Positions 35,043-48,100 of a stretch of 64,000 nucleotides of DNA are shown here, one piece after another. The translations under genes were made by a program, and so were the position numbers. A model generated the notes under the pieces. It worked only from the letters and a program-made list of their open reading frames with translations, did no database searches and had not been told where the DNA came from. Every line of letters starts with the position of its first letter. Within the stretch, counting starts at the first letter, position 1. This DNA is from Fimbriosthenelais zetlandica (lineage: Eukaryota), in contig OZ365113.1 in NCBI GenBank assembly GCA_977030845.1, positions 27,404,001 through 27,468,000 on the forward strand, read 5' to 3'.

Positions 35043-38000
35043 GATGTTCCTCTCACATAGCCACATCTACCAACTGTAACCGGCTTCACTTCCTCATCCT
35101 CAAAACTCCTGTCTCCATGGTTACCCATTAACTAAAGACAGCGGGAGACTATTACAAGAACAAACACTAATACGAACCGTTCTTGTTGGATTAGTGTATT
35201 CATTTACAAAAGACTTGTCTAACTGTTTGGGCATGATTGAGAACACAGGGAGTTCATATAGTATCTCCAATGGTAAGGGAAGTAAGAAAGAAATGGGAAT
35301 ATGGATTGTATAAACAAAATGAAAAGAAACCGTGCTTAAGTTGGTCCTAATCTGTTATATCAACTCAGTGCAGTTAAGACAGAGGGTTCGAGGAATGCAT
35401 TTGTCGGGTATGAGAAGATTTGAAGGAATTCCTATCCATGTTTTGTTGCCTACGGCTTGGCTTATGTACAATATGTGTAGCTACATCTATTCCTTAGTAA
35501 GTTGCGCGAATTTTCTTTTTATAGAATCTTAGTCTCAAGCCACTTGTGGCTCTTTATAGTACACTATATGAGCAAGGATTCTTTATTCCAAAAAGCTGCG
35601 TATATATTTGAAGTCAATCTATGTACGGTGTATAAGGCCTAGTGGAATATATACGTCCACCATGTTATCTTATTTATTGGACAGTGAACATTAATCTGTA
35701 GGTGACATTCCCCCATCTGCAGCGCTTGATGGGTTATTAGTTAACACTGGGACGACCAATGCATTCATCCTATCCTCTGTCTGGGGCCTACATGTAAAAG
35801 GGGAGCATTGAGATGAGGGATATAAGCAAGGGTGGATTCCAGAATGCCCTAAAACTCACAATTTAGTCCAAAAATATAATCCCAAATTTGTTCTTCTTGA
35901 CTCATGGGGTACATACGGTAATATCCAATTCAAGAACAAAAGTAATGATCAAACTGACTGAAACGAAACTCGTAACTTTGCAATGTTATATATGGCATGA
36001 AAAATGATAACATTGTAGATATATCGGAAGGAATGTCGGTTAACGAAAAGCATGGAGAGGAACATAACATATATAGTATCTACATATCTTCGCCTCGAAT
36101 ATATTTTAATTATTTCACCGTTACGAGCATGCAAGTAACTTTCCAATTATCAAACATAAGCTATCACATGGTTAAGAGAGAGATCTATTTATTCTTTAAA
36201 GGAAGCCTATAGCACATGTCTGTTACTGTATTCTTACATAAGGAGAGTGGTTGGTGTGACATGTGCCACTTTTCTCTGCTTCCTCCTCTTGTAGGTTGTA
36301 CAATAGTGCTTTAAGGTAGTCCCTGTGTAGAGATGCTTTAGACCTAAGTTGATGTTTTTTGTTGGGCGCTAAATCGGCCGTGATCTGTTGATATTGAAAA
36401 AAGGGGGCTCATGCTATGTCACTTAAGTCTTGTATAGTTTGTAAATAAGAATTGAGAATATAGTAGTAAAATATATAGGTGAGCATTTCCTTCCAGTCTT
36501 GGTCAGTTCTAAGGGTTTTTTTTGTTCTCAAAGTTCTATTTATGAGAGAGTTGAGGTGGAGATTGATGGCGTTGTACAGGTTTAAGTATAATATACCGGG
36601 GGCTTGACGACTGTCTCTCCCACTTGGTGATATTTTTTGTGGGTTGGGGTTTACATTTATCGGGGTTTATTGCTCGGTAGGTTGGTATACTTTTGGAAAG
36701 CCCACCACGGTATGGAGTTGCACTATATTGTGGAGGTATACTCTTATATATATAAACTCTCTTCCTTCCTGTGGCATTTAAAAAAAATTGAATTAAGGTG
36801 CGAAGTAAAGCACAGCAATTCGTAGCAGTCATTCGAAGGTGCGGGATGAGATTTTCCCCTTAATAATTTAGTAGAATTAATAGAGTTGTTTTGTTCTATT
36901 ATTAAAACTGAAGCGAATGGGGGAAGGCGATCTGCCTGAGACAGGAATATGTTCACTTCACTATACAAAAGACACTCTTCTATACATTGACATTGGAAGA
37001 GTACATTGTGTAGGAGGGGTGAAGGAGCTCATTGATATCTGTTGGGTAGTTCATTCTCAGACCCGCCTCCTTTTTTTTTTCGTCCCTGCTAAAGTGTGTA
37101 TAAATGTATGTGTAAAGAAATCAACCTTTCATACCAATGAAGTGAGTAACTTTTAAAGTTAATCACTTTTGTACGTGTATAGAAACATGAATGTTTCGGT
37201 TCATTGGAACTATATTTATATCACTTTTTTGAAGAATAGAGGATTAATTTAAATGCAGACATCACGATGGTAGTATATTATTGTTTTAAACACCTATGTA
37301 CAGATATACGATCTGTGGGCTGTCTTTGTAAACTAAAGCCTGTTTCATAATTCAGTCTTATAATATCTATTATGAAATGGGTCTGGTTTGTTTTTCTCTC
37401 TGTGTCGTGTCACTGTATCTGGTGCCTTGATATACCTGCTGACCAGTAGCAGACAGTCTCAATTTTGTTACTAGCTTTCACTGTAACTGCCAAGCTTGAT
37501 TTCAAATATTCATTATGGCTTGTTCTGTTCACACTGATCCCAGTATAGAGATTCTCTTTGCCACCACTTTTTGGACTTACATACAGGCTTGCAAGCTTCC
37601 AGGCTTTCTGTCAGAAAATATCGTAGAATTTGGGCATATTCCGAAAACTTTTCCATAAGAAATCGGTGCAAATTTGAGAGAATTATCTTCACTTTAGGTC
37701 TTAAAATATATTATTTCGCGTTGCCTGACTTGCGTCCCTGTATATCTTTCATCTTATGATAATTAATTTATTAACAGCATAATTAGTGTTTGACACGCCT
37801 GGATGCCCTTGGATATGTATAGTACTGGGCCACTGCTAACAACTGCTAATCATTAATGTACACATAGTTAGAGGAGTGTATGATAGTATCTAGATGGTGA
37901 TCTGTGCTGCCACTCACGGCGATCAGGCGAACTAGAGCCTCGATATGCCACACTAGTATAGATGTGATATTATCATCTCATAAATGTATAGCGAACACTA

Positions 38001-39458
38001 CATTTTGCCTTAACACATTTTCCATTTTTATCTTTTTCCCTTTTTTCCCTTTTTTTTTCTCAAACTGGCTTGGTTGAATTTAAGTAAAGGGAATGTCTGA
38101 CAATGTAGAAAATACATGATACCAAATCACATACAGCTGAGGTAATGGTTTAATGCTGTCTATATTTAGAAAATGAGTACTGTAAAGCTAATTGTAAATG
38201 TACACTTGAATACCTAATTACTGAACACCAAATACCTGACATCATGGGAAAATCTGAATCTATGGGAGAGCTTATCTAAACAATGATTATTTCATCATAG
38301 AAAATCTTTTCTCAAAAGCACATAGGATTCTTCTTTAATTTAGTTTTCAGCCAAATTTAATTTGATTTTTTTTTCTATTATGCAAACCTATGAAGTATTA
38401 GACTCATCTCTAAATGTATGTGAATGTGACGTTTTCCATTTCCCACTCATAAAACTAAGAAAAAAAATACAACTTGATGTTCTATTTATGAAGTTGATAT
38501 GCATATTGTATAGACATTGGTGCGAGGGTACAGTAGAGTTGTATATATATCGGAGGAAAACATACCAAAAAAAATGATTAAAACAAATACTTCTCGGGGG
38601 GTCGGGAGGACCTTCCTTTCCAGAGTGTTCACACCGGGCAGAATGAACGGGAGACTGGTCGTCTCTGAGCTGAGAGATGGGTCTCCTACTCAGTCTTCTC
38701 AGTGTGAATCGCCTATTTCTCGAGTCTTAAATACTGGCTGTTCGACCACTATTACTGGTATATTCAAGTTATAGCACTGAACACTGTAGACAGTAAGTGT
38801 CGGCATGCCCGTGTCAGATGTTATTATGCCCAGGTGTTATTTTTGTATTGTATGTCTATGAACCGTGTCTTGGGGGAAGCCCGAGACGCAAGGAGTAGTA
38901 AAACCAGACTGAGAGCTGGTGTTTCATCCCCCTCTCCTTCTGTTCACTGTGGTGGCCCCTCCCAACAGGATCAATGACGCTACTATCCAATAAACGAAAG
39001 CTTGTCATAAAAAATCTCATGTTTTTTTTTTGAATTTTTAAGCTAATTCAATGCGTCGAAATCCCTGGTTCAATTCCCTAAGCAGTTTCCAAATTTTCCG
39101 TTGCCTCCCACCACCCCCACCCCGACCCCAATTACTAACTAGGCAATAGGAAAGTTCAGATCTTGTTGCTTTATGATGGCCTTGGTTGTTGCTGTGAATC
39201 CCCCCCCCCCCCCCCACAACACCTCGATGCCAGTTGAATTGGTAAGCATTGAAGCCAATTCAGGCACTATTCACTACATCGATTGGATCACTCGAGTAGC
39301 CTTACGCATCTATACGACCCAACACAAAGAGAAGACTTCAAAAGGATTCAATATATCTGGTGACAAAACTGTGATTTATTTCAACAACTGAGAATATAAT
39401 TCTACAATGATTTATGTATGATCTGCAGGAAATATATTCATTTGTATACGCTATTGAT

Positions 39459-42400
39459 CTATTGGTGTGGCTTCCAGTCTTCCTTGGCCCATTCAGGCAT
39501 GTCTGTCTGGAAGAACCAGCCTGGTCCGCGGTAGGACAGAGCATGTAAGTACATGACTAAATCACTTTCTTTAGGATCTATATAGGCACGTTTACACTCC
39601 TCACACGCTGGATCTACAGTCACTTTCTCTGGTCTAAAGCCACTGTGACTTTCAGACACTGATTGTATCTGGGTCTTCGCTTCGGTGGTCTGGCTTTCTA
39701 CCGTGTCCATATGGTGATCACTTTGTGAGGTGGTGGAGGCTATTTGTACGGTCGGTGAATCTCTTAGGGTGTTTATAATAGGTGATGACTGGTCCGTGGA
39801 AATATTTGGCTCCCTCTCCTCTCCTTCTCCCTTGTTCCTCTGCTCTCCCTTCTCCCCCTCCACTTCTCCCTTGGTCTCCACTCCCTTCTCCATTTCATCT
39901 CTTTCTTTATCATCCTCTCCCTTCCCCTCTCCTTCCTCCTCTTCCAACCCCTTCTTCTCTCCTTTCTTCTCTACCTCTTCCTCTCCCTTCTCCATCTCCT
40001 CTTCATTCTTTCCTTCAGGGAGGCTGGTCGGGTCCATAAGCGCATCATTACCAAATCGTTCAGATGTATGATACTTAATAAGCTCCTCTATCAACTGAAA
40101 ACAATCCAGTGACAGTAGTGATTTAATATAACAATTAAGATTGAATTAAAATTGGCAATTAAAGTGTAAAATCCTCCAAATTATTCAACAAAGTATCCAT
40201 GTTATAATACATACCTCATGTTCGGGTTTACCAAAGTGTCCACCCTTCCCTCTCTGTGGTCCCCACACCGGGGTGTTGTATAATGGATCGTTTACAATAG
40301 GAAAACCTGCAACAGGGAGCAAAATATAGATTAAAAATCTTCATTCTGGGATTATGTTTCCTAAGATAATTATTTAAGAAACGAATTAATGAATGTACAA
40401 TTCTCACCAATATACTGGAGATGGACTCTTATTTGATGGGTTCTTCCTGTATGCGGTTTACCTGGAGGATAAAAGGAAAGTATATTAGTAAAATATCGGT
40501 TGACAACTCAATTATCGGCCCTGTGGGTTCATTCCTGAGAGGTTGATACATTAAAAAAAATAGATGACAAAATTAACCTACACAGTACGACACTCGTGCC
40601 TCCATTGAAACTCAATCTTTCAAACGTCGTTTTCGACTCTTTTCCTCCGGGCCCAATTTTGAAGAGTCCGATCTTTTGGGTTAGGTTATCAATGGGTTCT
40701 TCACAAGTAACAGGCTCACTGAAAAAAAATAAAATAATATATTAAAAATACACTTCACTAGGCCTAGATAGCACCCTACCTTATTCTAATCCCTACCGTA
40801 CTAGCTATAGGAATCTATATGTTGTACTGAACCTCATATGACTGGGATAGGTTTTTACCTTGGGAATTCACCAACCACCCGTGCCACATAACTTTTCTCC
40901 ACTTTGCGTCCTTTGATATGACCCTGCATCAAGCGGGTTTTTGAATCAGTTTTACAAAATATGAACACTCCGGAGGTCAGCCTGTCCAAGCGGTATATAG
41001 CTGAAAAAAGTACCGGTAAAATTAAAAAAAAATATTAAGACCCTGATACCTTTAGCCTAGAAATACCGGTACCCTTTAAGGGTTTAGATCCATTGGCACT
41101 AGGATTATTTAAGATGGTTTTTCGAATAATCTATATATCTGTAGGCCACTAGCATAATGTGAGAGCAGTGAACTATGGAAAATGATTATCAAAATTCCCT
41201 TCTATAGGCATATATTATGGGGCCGCCTTTATAATAGGGGCTTCAATATAAATTTGAGAACTATGATAGATGACTAAATAGTCTGATGCTTACTTCGTAG
41301 GTTCCTGTATCCATATTCTATAGCCATGATATAAGTGAGCGAGTTATGCCTGTATCTACCACACGGGTGTATGGGGATAGAACTGGGTTTGTCCACAACC
41401 AGAAAATCTTCACTGTCTTCAACGATCTTCAGCTTGCCACCTACCACTGGTAGCTCATGTCTGAAAATAAAATTAAAATTAACAATGTTAAACAGGTTGT
41501 AGGTAGACCTACAGGCTATCCGTGAATATATAGATCTAATTTCAGAATAGCTCAAATAAAAATAATTTGATATACCTGATTATACACAATTATAGGGTTA
41601 ATTTCACCTACCTATGAATCTTGTTTTCTATGTAATCATTGTCCTTGAAAACATAATCCAGGCTGGCCTTCTTACCATTTACCTTCACGCTACCGGATTC
41701 AATTGCCGCGGCCTGCGAAAAATAAAGACAGTTGCATTCTCGAAAGAGAACTTTCTTAAAATATTATTAGGGATTATTTAAAAAAAAAATCTGCCCAGTG
41801 ATGATAGTCTTAGGTAGCGTATAGCAGCACTTACATAGGTCTCAGGTCGATAAGCCTTGAATTCATTTGCAAATACATCAAGCATTTCTTTGCCCACCCA
41901 GCGACCTTTTGTATATGTCGTGAATGTATAGTAGTATGGGTATACTTTGCGTAGACCTGAAATATGAAATGAACATTATAAATAATAATACCGTATGGGA
42001 TAACTGTGCTTAAAAGGACAAGTTAAAATAATCTGAAATAGGGACCTCTCCCCACGATTCCATTCTCAGGCTTCTCTCTGAACAGGTCCTATGGCTAGTT
42101 TAAAAAAAAACAAAAAAACGTACGTATAGTCTGAAATATATTTTACCATTTTCAAAATAGTATTCAGTGTCTTTGAGACTCTCTAAGCTAAAATTCAATT
42201 CACGATCCTTCCCTGCGTCCCTCCTGCGTCTCTTTGCATTTTGACCATTTCTAGCTTCCCTTTGTTGATTACGTTTAATCTGTGAAAAAGAGACAAAATT
42301 TATTATTATAAACGGGGTTGTAAATAAGTTTCACAAACTTAGAATGGGCTATAGCCAAGGATAGGCCTATAGGTAAAGTAGTTTGTCTGTAAAAAGCCTA

Positions 42401-42828
42401 TAGGCTATACGAGGACAAGCCCAAGTTGGACTGTCCTAAATTTGGCTAAAAGATTAATTCTCAGAATTCTTTTCCCCTAATTTTAAGAAATGCTAAGTAA
42501 ATAGACGAACCCTCTTCAATGCTCGTCTTGACATTTTAGGTTGTGTTGCTGTGTCTTGCGCCCCATCACTTGGAGTAACCTGAGGCTGAGACGAGCCCGC
42601 CTCTCCACTAGTAACCTCAGCCGCCTCCACTGCCCGCTCTCCCGCTGGTCCCCCTCCCGACGACACGCTCTCTCCGCCCGACAATGGCGCCTGCATCATT
42701 GTAGGTAAGAAATTGAAGGACTTCTTATTAAACTGGTAGAGATATCTTGTATAATTACACAGGAGGGCCCGTCGATACAGGCCCGGTGTTTTGGTGAAAC
42801 TGTAGAATATGGCAGTAAATAATTTCAT
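39459..42828 (-). CDS. RPUSD2: RluA-family pseudouridine synthase RPUSD2, up to 633 aa, 10 coding exons
   Basis: Exons 42828-42511, 42279-42147, 41956-41835, 41712-41612, 41460-41294, 41000-40859, 40718-40582, 40461-40408, 40306-40215, 40094-39459 (1902 nt). Motifs LRKVYPYYYTF, VVDKPSSIPIHPCGRY, YRLDRLTSG, TGRTHQIRVHLQ, IVNDPLY, DPACEEC, MYLHALSY. AATAAA on minus at ~39381-39376. Confidence 0.95.
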
Positions 42829-42866
42829 CACAAACAGAAGTGAATACACATGGTGGCTTCAGTTAG

Positions 42867-42880
42867 CCACTAGGCGGCAG
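42867..42880 (+). promoter_or_regulatory. CTCF-like motif upstream of RPUSD2
   Basis: CCACTAGGCGGCAG; one mismatch to the consensus CCASYAGRKGGCRS. Confidence 0.35.
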
Positions 42881-45161
42881 TAGTGTAGCATTAAACCAGA
42901 AAAAGGTAATATAGACGGTACGGAGGGGTTGCAACGGGGATCATTCATTATAACTAACCTATCTAAGCCCCAACCAGCAGTAAAGGCCAAGCGGCGAATC
43001 CATTTTTTTCCCCATGGGGTGGGTTCCCCCTAACCTACTGAAAAGTGAAAATTGGGGTCATCACTGGCTTCTAAAGACTTCTTTCTAGCTTTTAAACAAA
43101 TGGCCACTTTTGATTGTGCCTGGACATTTTTATTTGCTAGGCCTATATTTTTGCGTAGGTTATAGGAATTAAGAGGGCCATTATGGGAATGGGAAAGGGG
43201 TTGACCACAACATTACTGCACATTGTAATTTCTGTATATATTTATTTTCAGTATTTTCATTCAGATTCACATGAACTTACTGATTTACCTTAATTTTAGC
43301 GTGTATTGCTATCTTCTACCAGTCATCACAAGCTATGTATTTCTCAAACTATATAGATTATAATATACTCGATATATATAATTATATTATTCTTTTTATA
43401 GACTCAATATTCAGAAAAAAATCCCATTTAATAATCAATTGATAAATACAGTATATAAGTTTTATAATCATTATACCATGTACGCAGGGTCGTACTCATG
43501 TACCTTCAGATCGTTGGCATCGGCATTTATAAAATATTTTGCCCTATTTACAAGATTGTGTTTCGCAAGACTTAGAGGATAAATGGTCAGATAAGACAGC
43601 CCAAAACAGTTAAATGACTTAATTGACAAAGAAAAACTAATACCCTTGAAAATCCAGGTTTTTGTTCACTTCCATGACTCATACCAATGCACATGTACAC
43701 AAATTTAATTTACAAAAGATGGGTTTAACATACAATATCCAAAACAATTATAGGCCTATGGACATGGCAAAATATGCACGTTGACACAAGAAAAAGTGAG
43801 ATCACTTCCACACATTTTAGATTTTTTTTAATGCTATGTATATTTTCCTGAAGCTTAAAATAATATTATGGAATCTCGTTCTTTTGTTGTGCGAGACGCA
43901 ATGTCAGAAAAGCATTGATTGAGAATAAGAGAAAAGTAAAATATGCCTGTCTGGATAGAAATGTGCTCTAGGGAAATAAATAGAACAGGATATTTGATGA
44001 AGAAAATTTGAGAATGGGTACGTCTATTTATATACCGTATGCAACATATGAATAATTATCCATCATACCAAAAATATACAATGCCAACAGGGAGACTTCA
44101 AGCAACAAACAAAGTGAGCGTATAATGCTCCTTACAACAAACTCACAAAGTAGTTAATCTAATACTTTTTACATGACCCTTTCAGACTAAATAATTAATA
44201 TGTAGAATTCTGGGTTTACAATTAGAATATCTCATATTTTAAGTATACATGTATATTATATACATATGGATGTGTATAGTAACATGAAAAAAGTCGATTA
44301 TATTTCCTCAAGAGAGAATTATTTCTAAGATGTTGCATGACCTCCATAAGGTGGAAGTTACAGTTACCGGAATCTCTTGACCGTTGACAGAATATTTTAC
44401 TGTTATTAGTTTTACCATATAATTATGATATATAAAGTAAATTAGCATTCGGTAGTAATGGTCAGTTATGGGCCAAGACTACTGATGTCCTAAAGGCTTA
44501 AGACAATCGCAGGATGTTGAATTTTCTTTAAGACTGGAAATCTTTGGAAATTCAGGTACCCTTCAGACTTTAGAAGTCTTTCATGCTCTCTTAAACTCTT
44601 AGGACTTCATTGGATGTGGCCCCGTTAGTCTTATCTCTCATATTAAATGTAATAAGGCTTATACCAGTACATGTTTTTCCTACCTGATGAGTAACAAATC
44701 TACCCCAGAGGTAGAGTGTTCACACTGAACCAACAGTCAAACCCCCAACTGACATAAGATAAACAGTTACCACTCTATAACATCTCATTACCTTTTTTAC
44801 ACATTGCAAATAAGCACCACAATTTTAGAACAAAATTGAGGATAGAAAGCAAAGGCAAAAGATCGGACGCTTTATCTTACTAATAATATTAGTTCACTCT
44901 AAGTCCCACTTTTTTAAAGTGTCTTATGTCCTATCAACGACGATTTTAAATAAACATGATTGTATCAAACAGTAATTATTTACTCTGAGCCGAGGAAAAA
45001 TATGGTCGGCATATCCCTTACATAAAAGTCAAGTACCTAAAACGAACAAAAATACCATATCTACCGTAGCTAAAACAAATGTTTACACACATTATAGTTA
45101 CATGATAAGTCAATGTGGAGATATAACCATGGTCGGTCGTTGCCTAAGGTATGGTATTTTT

Positions 45162-48100
45162 TTAGTGTATAGCTGGTAGGCCATTATCCTGAGCATCAGG
45201 ACAGTAGAGTACCTCATCACCTAATTCACACTGAGTAGCTCGGTCAATGACCTCTATAAACTCAGCAGCAGCTCCTGCTCCATCCTCCCCACTAGTACTA
45301 GTCTCACCTGTCTCTATATACTCATCATTCACCCCTGTATCTCCCCCCTGTACCCCCGCCCCGCCGCCAGCTTCAGCTGAACTATACCCAGCATGGTTTG
45401 ATGAACCAGAACCAGCTTCTGGTTCAACCTTGACACTGACAGGATACTGAGAGGCGCCACGATGATGGCCTGTTTGAGGTGAACCTTTCTCAGAGAAAGC
45501 ACAGTACTCATCCTGAGTGTCCATATCTGTACTCTCCATCTCCTCTTCCTTCTCTCCGTCTGGGTCCGGTTTCACTTCGGTCGGTGCGAATTGATTGATC
45601 CGTATACTGAGATCTAGTGGTTCATAGACTACGTCATCCGAGGAGTGGTCCTCACTGGAGGTGGCGGCTCTCTCCACTTGGAACTTTCGCTCTCTCCTGT
45701 TAGTTGAGAGACCTGGACGCGATGAGGAGGCATGTCGGATACTCTCAGCCATACTTGTACTGTCACATTCCTCCACGCTGAGATCAGCCCTTGATACCAA
45801 ACCCCCAACACACTCTATACTATGTCTGTACATTTTCTTATTACTAGAGTCACTCAGCAAAACTTGCTTCTCACTCAGAGCACAGACCTTAGCAGCACCC
45901 TGAGAGGCAGGAATAGTAGTCACTTTCCCGATTACCCTTGTGTTTAATTCTAAGCCTTTTCTAGTGGAAACATTAGGTATTTTGATCACGTTCTTATTTT
46001 TGTGAGTGTCTTGGCTGGAATCAGGTTGTTGGTATTCACTGACATCCTCAAAGCCAGAGGAGTTAACAAAACGTTTCTTCTCTTTGCCAATTTGAGCCAT
46101 TTTTTCTATATCACTCATGTCGTTGAATTGTTTGTCTATATAAGCTAGGCGCTGTTCATGTTTCCTCACCCGCTCCTTGGGCAGCTTGAGGAGGACTTTA
46201 GTGGGTTTGGGTTCGCTTTCTGAGAAGCGCAGGTTTTCCTCAGATCGACTCTTCCTCTTACGACCCATGCCACTGACGCTCTCCATATCTTTAGAGACCC
46301 TGACTGGTCTTAAGTGTTTCATTTTACGTATACGTTCCTGCTGTAGCAGTATAAGTTCGTTAATGTCCTCCACCACCACACACAGTTCCTGCGTCGTTCC
46401 TGCGTTCCGTCTAAGCGCCTCATCATTGGCACTACGCCAGCAAGCCTTACCATCAGTAGGTCCATTCCTCTGGGGTGGACTTTTACTGATATATAACTTA
46501 CTGAGCTGGTTTGGATCCTGATTAGGGGATGTGGACACTGTATAAGTGGGTTTAACACTTCCTTTACTATCATCTCTAGGGGATAGAGATTTCCTCAATG
46601 GTTGTGAATTACCGGGTGTATCCTGTGTAGTTATACGTATTGTCAAATCCGTCACCGTGGACACTTTATACCTGGGAGGAGGAGATTTCTCGGTCTCCAC
46701 TTTCTTTCTAGCGACAGGAGATGTGACTTTTCTCGCGTGTTTCCTATCTGAACCCGGGGTGGTTTTCCGTGATTCCCTCACTTCACTGAGTGGGATTCCA
46801 CTTCGGGTGTACCTAGTAACCCTTTGATTGGCTGAGCGGGTTGTCATACCTGACAGGTCGAGAGTTTTTGATGTTCCGTGGTCAGAGTTGGAGCTTTGTG
46901 ATTCTCTCCGGCGGGTGTCGCATGATTTTGAGACTGATCTTGTACCACTGGCTTGTCTCACTCTTCGTCTGAGACGGGACGCACCACCCACACCAGATTT
47001 GTTGACAGGGCTGAGAGACCCAGTCTCCCCCACGACTTGTGAATGTTTCTCTGTCTCTGTGACATTACTGTCTGTGGAGTTAGTCCGCCTTGTTCTGCCC
47101 ATTCCTGCTCCCTCTTCAATTTTACCCTCCGTGCCACTGATAGGGCAATCTTTACAATCTAATTTCTCTATGACTATTTTCAGCTCCTTGTTGTGTGGGC
47201 AGTTGGTACGTTTAATACCAACACCAAAATCAGCTGAACATTTGACACAGTCGTTTTGGATCCGTTCGTTGGGTTCAGTGTTCTCAGGCACATCCCCATC
47301 CGTCTGTGCTTTACTCGTTGATTGTTCATTCTCCACTTCTTCACACACTTTCTCTTCCTCTACTTCTCCCTCTCCTCCATCTTTCACCTCGGATGAAAGC
47401 TCATCATTTGCGTCTTGTTTATCTGAAGACTTATTTTCAAGCTCTTTTTCTTCAGTCTCATTTGAGGTATCATCAGGAAGTGTTTCTTTATTTTCGTTAG
47501 AAGCTGTACTATTTTTAGGAGAAGTGACATTTTCATCCACACCAGGCAAAACTTTCAGTTCTGTCTCTGGAGGAATTTCTGAAGACTCAAAGTTCAAGTT
47601 GGACTGTGCATCCTGTGCGGTAGATAGAGGAACTATGACCTGTACATTTTGAGATACATTATCTTCAATACTACCATCCCCATCTTTCGCTTGGTTTTGT
47701 TCATTTTCCATTTGTTCGACTGGAACTACTGGTTGAACTAGAACCTCAGGCTCCTCCACGGTACCTTGTGCACAAAGACTCTCTATCTCCTTTGTACTTT
47801 CATTAAGGGCCTCTACCACTTCCATGTTGATATGCGACACCAGATCATCAGCAATATCCGTGGAGTTGATATTATCCGTGAGGTTCTCATATTCAGTCTG
47901 AGTTTCCATCTCGGTCTGTGTTTCCATTTCTGAGCATGGTTCGAGTTCCGTCTCACCACCTCCACCCATGGCTGTCAGTTCTGATAGTAACTGGGCGCCC
48001 TCTTCATCAGCTTGGAGTTCCCTCTCATTTTCTGTATCAGTATCCATGGCGTAGAGAGCTTCCAAATCATCGGGGGCTTCTGTCTGTAAGGCTTGCTCAA

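Noticed and set aside
38590-39085. GC-richer segment with a GGTTCAATTCC B-box-like motif and an 85-aa ORF
   Set aside because: No tRNA cloverleaf could be folded; the phase does not fit an alternative last LIC exon; probably UTR or repeat sequence.
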